Shown piece by piece: positions 18,425 to 27,400 of a DNA stretch of 64,000 nt. The stretch is from Candidatus Omnitrophota bacterium. GTDB lineage: Bacteria > Omnitrophota > Gorgyraeia > Duberdicusellales > 4484-171. Every line of letters begins with the position of its first letter. The first letter of the stretch is position 1. The position numbers and the translations under genes are program-made. The notes below the pieces were generated by a model that was given only the letters and a program-made list of their open reading frames with translations, searched no databases and had not been told where the DNA came from. The DNA is taken from NCBI GenBank assembly GCA_003154195.1, contig PMCS01000009.1, forward strand, positions 19,014 through 83,013, given 5' to 3'.

Positions 18425-19530
18425 TGAAAATAATAAAAATTAACCTGAAAAAAAATCCATATAATATCTATATCGGACACGGCATATTAAAAAATATCCC
18501 GTTTTATATCAAAAACTGGGATCTCGGCAACCTCGGCATAATCCTGACATCGCCGATAATTTATTCGCTCTACAAAAACAGTATCAAAAAAAATTTTCCT
18601 TCCGGCCGCTACAAAATCATCACGGTCGCCGACGGCGAAAAAGCCAAATCAAAAGAACAGTTGTTTTACGCGATAAATAAAATCCTTAAATTAGACGGGT
18701 GGGATAAAAGGCCTTTCATCTTATGTCTCGGGGGAGGAACAATCGGCGATTTAGGCGGGCTGGTTGCCGCTTTATACAAACGCGGCATACCCTACATACA
18801 AATACCTACTACCTTACTGGCTCAAATCGACGCGAGCATCGGCGGTAAAACCGCGATCGACTTAAAAGAAGCAAAAAATATCCTGGGCGCGTTTTATCAG
18901 CCGAAAGCTGTTTTTATTGACCCCCTGTTCTTAGACACCTTGACCTTAAAAGAATTGAAAGAGGGGATGGCGGAAGCGATAAAATACGCCATGATCGAAG
19001 GTAAAAACTTTTTTACCTTTCTGAAAAAAAACAGCCGCGGAATAATGGAGCTTAACCCGCCTTTGATTTTAAAACTCATCAATACCTGCTGCCGCATAAA
19101 AGCAAAAATAGTGGAGCGCGACGAAAGAGAGGAGAAGGGTTTACGCACCATCCTTAATCTCGGCCATACCCTCGCGCACGCGCTCGAAGCGTCGTCAAAA
19201 TACAAAAAAATATCGCACGGCCAGGCCGTATCAATAGGGCTGCTCTATGCCGCCGGATTATCGTTAGCTCTGGGAAAATGCGATAAGAAAAAAGTGGACG
19301 CCGTCAGGGAAATCATCGAAGCGTTCGGATTACCCGTCGATATTTCCTTTGATTATCCGAAACTATTACGCGCTTTCAAATATGATAAAAAATTTATCTC
19401 GGGAAAGGTACGGATGGTTCTCATAAAAGACATCGGGAATTTAGAAATAACCGACGGGATACCTTTAAAAAAAATAGAAGGATCGCTGAGGTTATTTAAC
19501 GGGAAAAAATGCCGTTCGCTTGCTCTTTAA
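18424..19530 (+). CDS. aroB: 3-dehydroquinate synthase (AroB) family
   Basis: GGGTIGDLGG…IQIPTTLLAQIDASIGGKTAIDL and LNLGHTLAHALE motifs. Confidence 0.7.
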   Translation: MKIIKINLKKNPYNIYIGHGILKNIPFYIKNWDLGNLGIILTSPIIYSLYKNSIKKNFPSGRYKIITVADGEKAKSKEQLFYAINKILKLDGWDKRPFILCLGGGTIGDLGGLVAALYKRGIPYIQIPTTLLAQIDASIGGKTAIDLKEAKNILGAFYQPKAVFIDPLFLDTLTLKELKEGMAEAIKYAMIEGKNFFTFLKKNSRGIMELNPPLILKLINTCCRIKAKIVERDEREEKGLRTILNLGHTLAHALEASSKYKKISHGQAVSIGLLYAAGLSLALGKCDKKKVDAVREIIEAFGLPVDISFDYPKLLRAFKYDKKFISGKVRMVLIKDIGNLEITDGIPLKKIEGSLRLFNGKKCRSLAL

Positions 19531-19637
19531 AAAGCTTCAAAAAGACCCCTATGCCCTAAGTTGGGGCGAAAGATTACGCGCAAAACGCTAATGAAAAGAG
19601 CGTTTTTCGGGTTAATCGGGTTTTTTATCCGGCGGCA

Positions 19638-19666
19638 TTGACAAAACGATAAAAATATGCTATACT
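19638..19666 (+). promoter_or_regulatory. Near-consensus sigma70 promoter (TTGACA-17 bp-TATACT) upstream of the PilZ gene cluster
   Basis: Hexamers and spacing read directly from the sequence. Confidence 0.45.
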
Positions 19667-19735
19667 ATCTTAGAAATTGGAAGCGTTTTCAGTATATAAT
19701 ATTAACGTACGATAGCTTTACAAAGAGGACGAAAA

Positions 19736-20068
19736 ATGGAAGAAAGAAGAAAAAACCAAAGAGTAGGAGTAGCCTTTCCTGTTGAGTGCGCCTTACCTGC
19801 CAAAAAAGATTACTTTTATACCGTAGCCAAAGATTTAAGCCACCACGGCGCGAAAATAATAATTAATGATTTTTTAGCCAAGGGCGATATTATAAAAGTA
19901 AATTTGAACATGATCGACAAAATGCTTTATTTAAGAGCGAAGGTAGCCTGGTGCAGCAAAGAAAGGACTTCCTGCGAAAGATATATCGCGGGACTGGAAT
20001 TCGTGGCGCCCAACAAGGAAAACGAAAAAGAACTCTCCTGCTTTTTAAATAAAATCTACAACTCTTAA
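19736..20068 (+). CDS. PilZ-domain protein (c-di-GMP receptor family)
   Basis: RRKNQR (RxxxR) and DLSHHGAKI (D/NxSxxG) motifs. Confidence 0.7.
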   Translation: MEERRKNQRVGVAFPVECALPAKKDYFYTVAKDLSHHGAKIIINDFLAKGDIIKVNLNMIDKMLYLRAKVAWCSKERTSCERYIAGLEFVAPNKENEKELSCFLNKIYNS

Positions 20069-20126
20069 TCCGGCCGAATTTCCCGAAAAAACAGAAATTT
20101 CACCGCAAGGTGGTTAAAAAAATAAT

Positions 20127-20285
20127 ATGGCAAAATCTGAAGAAAAACGTAAAAATTGCGCGCAATGCAACAAATCAATGAAAAGGGTAGATTGGTATTA
20201 CCGTAATGACGGCTATTTCTGCAATAAATCCTGCTTCAAAGAACACCTCAAAAAACAGGCGCAGGAACAACCGAAGCCCGCTTAA
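20127..20285 (+). CDS. Small (52 aa) zinc-ribbon-like protein between the two PilZ genes (not in the supplied ORF track)
   Basis: MAKSEEKRKNCAQCNKSM…GYFCNKSCFKEH: CxxC…CxxxC. Confidence 0.4.
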   Translation: MAKSEEKRKNCAQCNKSMKRVDWYYRNDGYFCNKSCFKEHLKKQAQEQPKPA

Positions 20286-20301
20286 AAAATCCTTGAATAT
20301 G

Positions 20302-20682
20302 ACTGAAAGAAGAAAGTATCCGCGAATAGCTAAATCCTTGCCCTTAAAGATTTCCGATGACGGCCAATTCGATATCGTCACGGAAACTAAGAATATCAGC
20401 GCCAACGGCGTATATTGCTGCGTAAGCAAACCAATTAAAAACTTGACCAAATTAAGCATAATATTACTTATACCCTTCCAGAAAAACAAAAAAGAAAGTA
20501 TTCGAAAAGTAAAATGCGAAGGCATCGTGGTGCGGGAAGACGAAGCGGAAAACATAAAGGACAACGGAAAACACCCTTATCGCATCGGCATATTCTTCAA
20601 TAATATAAAAGAACGCGATAAAAAAAGTCTTGCTACCTATATCGACTCGCATCTGACGGCCGGCAGCAATACCCCCATTTAA
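20302..20682 (+). CDS. PilZ-domain protein (second copy); ORF is open from 20206
   Basis: ERRKYPR and NISANGVY motifs. Confidence 0.65.
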   Translation, partial: TERRKYPRIAKSLPLKISDDGQFDIVTETKNISANGVYCCVSKPIKNLTKLSIILLIPFQKNKKESIRKVKCEGIVVREDEAENIKDNGKHPYRIGIFFNNIKERDKKSLATYIDSHLTAGSNTPI

Positions 20683-21233
20683 TGCTTTATAAGGCTTACC
20701 CCTTACCCGTAAAATTCGTCTGCGCTTTTATTTATTCCGACCCCGCCGTTTATCAGCAGACAAAATCGATCATGGAAAGGAAATTCGGCCGGGTAGACTT
20801 TGAAAGCCAAACCATCGATTTTAATTTTACCGACTATTACGAAAAGGAAATGGGTAAAAACCTGACAAGGCGGTTTATTGCTTTCACGAAATTAGCCCGG
20901 GCCGATAATTTTGTGAAAATAAAAGATTTTTGCCTGAAACTGGAAAAAAAATTCGCGCGGAATAACAAACGAATCATAAATATCGATCCCGGCTATCTGA
21001 CCGAAGCAAAACTGGTGCTGACCACGACCAAAGACTTCCACCACCGGATATATATCGGAAAGGGGATTTTTGCGGAGGTCACGCTCAGTTTTTGTAAAAA
21101 AGAGAACAACTTCCTGGATTTTCCCACTACTTTTCCCGACTACCGCACGCAAAGATATAAAGACATTCTTTTAGGCATCCGCTCGACCTATAAAGAACAG
21201 TTGAAACTTTTGCCTTCCCGTAAAATCAATTAG
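20682..21233 (+). CDS. Conserved hypothetical protein (DUF4416-like)
   Basis: LPVKFV…INIDPGYL…HRIYIGKGIFAEVTL pattern recalled for that family; no function inferable. Confidence 0.45.
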   Translation: MLYKAYPLPVKFVCAFIYSDPAVYQQTKSIMERKFGRVDFESQTIDFNFTDYYEKEMGKNLTRRFIAFTKLARADNFVKIKDFCLKLEKKFARNNKRIINIDPGYLTEAKLVLTTTKDFHHRIYIGKGIFAEVTLSFCKKENNFLDFPTTFPDYRTQRYKDILLGIRSTYKEQLKLLPSRKIN

Positions 21234-21274
21234 CCGAAAGGATACATAAAGAAATAATCTTGGGAAATTCGGGG

Positions 21275-21496
21275 AAATTCGGGGGACAGCTACCATAATT
21301 ATCCTTGACACCCTGTCTGCTTTTGCTACAAATTCGGGGGACAGCTACCATAATTATCCTTGACACCCTGTCTGCTTTTGCTAAACTTACCCCATGCCGA
21401 GAATGGCCAGAGCAAATTCGGGGGACAGCTACCATAATTATCCTTGACACCCTGTCTGCTTTTGCTAAACTTACCCCATGCCGAGAATGGCCAGAG
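21275..21496 (+). repeat. Tandem array U,(U+V),(U+V) immediately upstream of and overlapping the RAYT start; U carries the REP-like motif GGGGACAGCTACCATAATT; V duplicates the RAYT 5' end including ATGCCGAGAATGGCCAGAG
   Basis: Three near-identical direct copies at 21275, 21330 and 21415. Confidence 0.7.
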
Positions 21497-22143
21497 TAGT
21501 TATACCCGATATACCCCACCATATAATCCAAAGAGGTAATCGCCGTCAGCCGGTATTCTTTTCTGATGCCGATAAAAGAGCCTACCTGGATTATCTTCGT
21601 CTACATGCAAAGCCGGCCGGAATAAGCATCTGGGCATATTGCCTGATGGACAACCATGTACATTTAATCGCTGTGCCTAGGCATGAAGACAGTTTTGCCG
21701 ATGGCTTAAGCGAATCTCACAAACGTTATAGCCGTATGGTAAATTTCCGGGAAAACTGGCGCGGCCATCTCTGGGAGGGGAGATTCAAATCTTACCCATT
21801 GAATGAATTCCATCTATACGCGGCGATAAGATACGTTGAAAGAAATCCCGTACGCGCTAAAATAGTAAGACAAGCCTGGCAATACCCCTGGTCAAGCGCT
21901 CAATCTCATGTAAAGAAGGAAAAAGACAGTATTGTGGATAATTGTTTTATCTCTGATGAAATAAAAAACTGGGCAGAATATATCGCCCAAGAAGACAACG
22001 ACAACGATCTGGTACTATTCAGAAAACATTCCAACACAGGGAGGCCGCTGGGGGATAATAAATTCATCGATCTTCTTGAGGGGATAACCGGACGCATATT
22101 ACACAGGAAAAAACCCGGCCCAAAGATGGTCAAGGACAAATAA
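21478..22143 (+). CDS. IS200-like Y1 HUH transposase / REP-associated tyrosine transposase (RAYT), copy 1
   Basis: MPRMARVVIPDIPHHIIQRGNRRQ…, HUH motif DNHVHLIAVP, catalytic Tyr in AIRYVERNPV. Confidence 0.8.
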   Translation: MPRMARVVIPDIPHHIIQRGNRRQPVFFSDADKRAYLDYLRLHAKPAGISIWAYCLMDNHVHLIAVPRHEDSFADGLSESHKRYSRMVNFRENWRGHLWEGRFKSYPLNEFHLYAAIRYVERNPVRAKIVRQAWQYPWSSAQSHVKKEKDSIVDNCFISDEIKNWAEYIAQEDNDNDLVLFRKHSNTGRPLGDNKFIDLLEGITGRILHRKKPGPKMVKDK

Positions 22144-22160
22144 TTATGGTAGCTGTCCCC
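22142..22160 (+). repeat. Inverted copy (aattatggtagctgtcccc) of the 19-mer directly after the RAYT1 stop
   Basis: Exact reverse complement of ggggacagctaccataatt. Confidence 0.6.
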
Positions 22161-22200
22161 AGAATTACCAGAATTACAAAGACCTTATAACAGTCCCCAT

Positions 22201-23145
22201 ATGATAAATAGCCGAAAAATCAAAGCCTTAGAAAAAATAGCCAAACCCCTCAACGACCGCCTTAAGGAATGCGACCTTTGCCCCCGAAACTGCAAAATCG
22301 ACCGCTTTAAGCAAAAAGGGTTCTGCAGCGTAGGCAGCCAGATGATTATCTACACGGCTTTTTTACACACCGGCGAGGAACCGCCGTTAATAACCGGGAA
22401 GGGGAGCGGAACGATATTTTTTTCCGGCTGTAACCTGAAATGCTGCTACTGCCAGAATTATAAATTTTCCCACACCCCGGAAGGCCGGATAGTAAGCGAG
22501 GAGGAGTGCGGCCGGATCATGCTTAACCTGCAAAAAAAAGGCGCCGCCAATATCAACCTGGTAACGCCCACGCATTACCTTCCCTTGATACTCAATGCAC
22601 TGCGGATAGCGTTTAAGAACGGCCTGGATATACCCCTGGTTTATAACACCTCCGGGTATGAAAAAACGGAGATCATCCGCCGGCTCAAAGGTATCGTCGA
22701 CGTCTACCTTGCCGACGTAAAATACATCTCCGGCGAAACCGCGGGAAAATATTCCCGGGCGGAAAACTACCCGTTTTACAACCAGGAAAGCCTGCGGGAA
22801 ATGTACCGGCAAAAACCCGCAGTTTTAGACGCAGACACACTGAAGGAAGGGTTAATCGTACGCCACTTGGTTTTACCGGGCCACAGCGAAGAAACCCGGC
22901 AGATTCTTTGCTGGATTAAAAAAAATATGCCCGACGCGCTGGTCAGTATAATGTTCCAATACCAGCCGTATTTCGAAGCCGCAAAATATCCGGAAATAAA
23001 CCGGATAGTAAGTTTAGAAGAATTCACCCGGATAAAAGAACTGGTCGACGAACTTGGCCTTCCCGGATGGGTACAGGAATATACCCCTGAAGAAAAACTG
23101 GCCGGAGTCTATTTCGAACCCCTTTCCGAGGATTTGTTGGAGTAA
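22201..23145 (+). CDS. Radical SAM enzyme (AmmeMemoRadiSam-system / PFL-activase-like)
   Basis: CNLKCCYCQN CxxxCxxC cluster, upstream CDLCPRNC…FCSVG motif. Confidence 0.7.
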   Translation: MINSRKIKALEKIAKPLNDRLKECDLCPRNCKIDRFKQKGFCSVGSQMIIYTAFLHTGEEPPLITGKGSGTIFFSGCNLKCCYCQNYKFSHTPEGRIVSEEECGRIMLNLQKKGAANINLVTPTHYLPLILNALRIAFKNGLDIPLVYNTSGYEKTEIIRRLKGIVDVYLADVKYISGETAGKYSRAENYPFYNQESLREMYRQKPAVLDADTLKEGLIVRHLVLPGHSEETRQILCWIKKNMPDALVSIMFQYQPYFEAAKYPEINRIVSLEEFTRIKELVDELGLPGWVQEYTPEEKLAGVYFEPLSEDLLE

Positions 23146-23304
23146 GAAGGCTCCTGCCAAACCACCAAAAAACATACCTCAAAAACTCTCAGAAACCCCC
23201 TTTTAAGCTATAGAACCGACAAAAGCATATCAGGGGATACCTAAAAAATCACCTCCTTAAAAACGTTTTAAAACCGTAAAATCAGAAGAATTTACCCCAA
23301 TTAG

Positions 23305-23346
23305 TCCTTCGACTCGCTATCGCTCGCTCAGGATAATTCGACTACA
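23305..23346 (+). repeat. Copy of the CGCTCGCTCA/CCTTCGACTCG dispersed repeat family
   Basis: tccttcgactcgctatcgctcgctcaggataattcgactac. Confidence 0.4.
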
Positions 23347-23559
23347 TCCAGCTCTGATTTCAAATAAAACCAGAGCTGGGTAAGTCTCATTAAGAAACAA
23401 GCACATTTACCGCTATTTATAACATAATCATTCAAGATAAACAGATAACGCAGAATATACCTAAAACGGTAAAAGGTCCGGCGTCATTTCACAGGAAGTT
23501 ATCCCGAATGGAAAAAATCAATACTGTCTTGCCATTCCAGCGATTTCTGATATTTATAA

Positions 23560-23590
<31 letters not shown>

Positions 23591-23748
23591 GCTATATTCC
23601 CCTTGTTTTCATTGTTTAGTTGCTAATGGGGTTTTTAAACGGGATTTTATCTTCTTTTGAGGGTTATTCTTGCGGACAAAACGCACTCTCATCTACAGCA
23701 GTTTCCGGCGGGAAAATAGATTTTATTTTTGGTAAGTTTTAAGGTAGT

Positions 23749-24057
23749 CTATTTTCCCGGAGGGTTATCCGGGGAAGAATTTATCCGGATGATTTTTCCT
23801 TTCGCCAACCCTTCGGCAATCACGTGACGCGCTGCCTTAAGGATCCGGCCGAAGGTCTGCCGGGATATGCCCATATGCCCGGCTGCAGCCTCCTGTTCCA
23901 GGCCTTCGTAGTCGGCAAGCCGAATGGCTTCAAAATGGTCCAAACCGAGCTCGACTTCGTCGGGCCGGCCGGGCTTACCCCGGGGGCTGAATTGCCGGAT
24001 ATCCGGTTCCTTATCGATTACCCGTTGTTTCTTAGGACGTCCTTTTGGTTTCATCAT
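23749..24057 (-). CDS. DUF134/UPF0251-family small DNA-binding protein (sigma-70 region-4-like HTH)
   Basis: MMKPKGRPKK…VELGLDHFEAIRLADYEGLEQEAAAGHMGISRQTFGRILKAARHVIAEGLAKGKII pattern. Confidence 0.55.
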   Translation of the reverse strand: MMKPKGRPKKQRVIDKEPDIRQFSPRGKPGRPDEVELGLDHFEAIRLADYEGLEQEAAAGHMGISRQTFGRILKAARHVIAEGLAKGKIIRINSSPDNPPGK

Positions 24058-24438
24058 AAAAAATTACTCCGTAATTTTTTATCGGTCATGAAAACCTGCG
24101 GGTTTTCCGTCAAAAACGAGACTTTCCCTTTATTTTATTGTGAAATAAACCCCCCGGTTATTATGAGCGTATGCTCATAAATAATATACAAGATTTCCGG
24201 CGAAACTCAAGCGGTTTTTAGGTTAAGACGAGTATCTTTCGCAAGACAGATTTTTGAAGCTCCCCCGACGTGTTCCGGCGGAAAAATCTCTCCGAAGCCT
24301 CTTCACTGTAGGTGACGGGCGAAGGCGGATTAAAACATGGGGCAACAAAAAACGGCAGCAAAAAGCGGTATTGTAAAAATCTTCGGCGGAAGCGCCTTAA
24401 AATTTTCGGTGACTATCGGACAGACCTTAGGGCTGTCC

Positions 24439-27400
24439 CTACTTCCCCCACGCCTTCCCCGCCAATTCATCAATCGTCTCCTTCGCCGAGACATCCTTCA
24501 TAAACGTAATCACGAATTGCAGGCGGTCGAAATTGGGATTCAGGGGACTGCTGGTTATGGCTTTATCCAGGCCTTCACCTTTGGTTTCCAGGTTAAAGTT
24601 ATTAGCGGTGACGTCGATGCCGCCTAAAGGCGTTGAGCCGGTTGTGTCCGTTAGGTCTGTTGAGCCCGTTAAAGGAAGCGGCGAGGCGGCGGATTTTGTC
24701 TTAACCGTTGCTACCGGGGAATTTCCCCGGCCCATAAATTGACCATTGAAAGGGGTTACTTCTTCCTCGAGACTTCTATGCAATGCGGAATATTTCTCTG
24801 CCTGCTTTTTGTTCCCTACAAGCCGATAAAGATCGGCCATATTTTTATAGTATTCCAAAATAGATACGGCACGCGAGTAACCGATACCTTTTTTACCCCC
24901 TGTATAATGATAATCAGTGGGTACCAACTTCTCAAGTATAGCAAGAGCCTTGATGGCCGCGGAACGCTCCTGGTTCGGTTCACCGATTTCATGGTAAAGC
25001 TCTACCAGTTTTAGATAGTCAAAAACTAAACCTTTTTTTTCTTCATTAAAAGGAGTTGGCGAAATTTTTTCATCGGCGTTTCGATAAACCGCGGGAATCT
25101 CCCGTTCTATTATTTTGATTTTTCTGGCATATACCTCGGCCTCTTTCTCCGGCATATGAGTATCCCTATACAGTTCCCGAAAACCGTCAAGAACATCAAG
25201 GGAGTCCGGCGATAATTCCAAAGCCTTGCGCAACGCACCTAATGCCTTATTGAAATATGTCCCTTCTGTCAAAAACCGCTCGGCGCCATGGATAATCCCT
25301 ATACTGGTATAAGTTACGCTTATTCCCATATAAGCATGAATATTATTTGGGTCAGATTTCAGCGCTTTCCGGTAAAGTTCCAATTGTTCTGGATATGGGG
25401 TGATATAGGCGTCATCTCTGTGCGCTACGGCCAGATAAGAACGTATCATCCCATCGTTAACACCCAATCTTATCTGTTGGGGCAAATCCTGCCTTATCGC
25501 GTCGTTGGCTTTTAGATACACCCCGTAGGGATGGAATAAATCGTAGAGAATAAAAGGTTGGCTTATTCCTACTTCAGAATTAGCAAGATCGACAATAACA
25601 GAACGCCCGCCTGGCAATCTTACCAGGGAAGCAATATGCAGTGTCCAGCCTCGCCGGTTGTGCCGGACAACTTCCATCGGTATCGCATCGTACCTTAAAG
25701 CCCTCGCGAGAACTAAAAATAATTGGGTTCCGCCGATGCAATTAGCTTTTTTCACCTCTAAAACGACATTCAAATCAAAAGGATATACCCCGGATTCAAT
25801 ATTAAATTTACCCTTAATCGCGGCGTATAATTCCTTAAGCCTTCCTGCCTCGTCCCCACCCGGGCTAAAGCGATAAGTATTTAAATCGGGAAACAAATTA
25901 ACTAATTCATGAACGATAGCTTGCCGTGATTTTTTATCGTAACCGAAATCCTCAAGTTGCTTACGCATCTCAAACTGCTGCCGTACATTTTGCAAAGCCC
26001 CCTCATGTTCGGAATCGCCCGCGCGATTAGCCGCGGTAATGGGCTCAGATCGATAACTCCGCTGCGGCGGTTGAGACGAAAGTAACTCATGGCCGGCGTC
26101 GGTAAGGCCCAAAATCCGCAGCTTGTCTTTCACTACTTTTCCCGCTACTGCTGCCACTCCCGCCAACAAACCGAATAAAAAAAGACCCCTGCGGGACATA
26201 TCTACCGGCGAGGCAGCGGCTGGCGAAAGTTGGTCTCTCGGAAAAGTTATAATAACAGTCGTGCCTATTACATTTTCATTGCTGACATCCATAATTCTTT
26301 TTCCATTTTGATATTGCGTAAACTGATATCCTGTATCGTTTTCTCGTTCGGAAACAAAAGAAATTTCGAAATTCCCTTTAGCTGTGTCTAAAATAGAACG
26401 TGTCGCATATCCTCGCCCAAGTGGTTTTGAGGTTCTATATTCGCCATTAACCCAGCTCTGGAAAATATCTTTTCTTATCCCTGCTCCATTATCAGATAAG
26501 ATTACCCTTGTTCCACCAGTCTGAGAATCACGCTGTATAAAAAATGATATTGCAGCTTTTCCAGAAACCTGCCCACGAACACTATCATCAGTAATATTAT
26601 CAATTCTCTCATAGACAGCATCAACAGCATTATCCACAAGATGGCCAACAATACTGGCCACACGCCCCTTGTCAACCGATGAAAGCTGGCTGTCTCTTAA
26701 AATAGTCAGAATATCTGCGACGATTTTTTTATCACCTGCGTTTCCTAAATATATTTGGCGAGCATCTGTAGAAAGCGCGCCTGGCGGCATATATGGGAAC
26801 TTCTCAGTAAAAATAGGGAAATTAATCGAAGCAGCGCCGTTGGCCGCAATAGATCCCGCCGCCGTCGGCGAACCTAACGGCACGGCCCGTTCTGGCCGGA
26901 ACAGGGTTGGCGAGGCGGCAACTTTTTTTCCAAAAGGAATCGTCCAGGTTACAGTAGTACCGGCGGTAATGCGGTGTCCCACGCTAACCTCATTATGGGA
27001 ACGGTATCTTCTCATGACATGCGCGCCGTCTTGGTGATGATAGGTATCGAATTCGATTGTCCCGCCGTAGCGGTTGACCAGCGCATCACCGTAATAGTTA
27101 CGCACATCGGTACCTACTCTTCCCAATGTCTCATCTTCCCTGCGCTTTTTTGTGCTAACAGGTTCATCGCTGAAAAGACGGCCCAGGGTGTCGACGGTTA
27201 TCCCTATACCGTTATCGCTAACTTTTATCACCAGACGGTCGTGCTCCACGCTAAAGCTGACTTCTATCATCCCTTTATATTCAGTTTCTTGCCTGGTCGC
27301 TTCCTTCGCGATACCGTCAATCGCATTATCCAGGGCCCCGCTTAAAGAAATTTGGAATGTACCATACTCATCATCACCTATCCATAAAACGGGATAATCG

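Larger units (their letters stand above)
21275..22160 (+). mobile_element. REP-RAYT-REP unit (RAYT1 flanked by inverted 19-bp repeats; left end triplicated)
   Basis: Typical REP/RAYT arrangement. Confidence 0.5.

Noticed and set aside
21271-21496. Possible CRISPR array (regularly spaced direct repeats)
   Set aside because: The sequences between repeats are identical in each unit (no unique spacers), and the repeat includes part of the downstream gene; this is a tandem duplication / REP array.
21226-21531. ORF-track ORFs 21305..21499 (+) and 21226..21531 (-) spanning the tandem repeat array
   Set aside because: They are read-through of the REP-like direct repeats (the proteins are internally repetitive) and overlap the real RAYT start; not genes.
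24058-24742. Small + strand ORFs (24312..24503, 24337..24627, 24533..24742) at the 3' end of the giant gene
   Set aside because: Antisense or overlapping frames of the 1495-aa gene, with Pro/Ser-rich artefactual composition.
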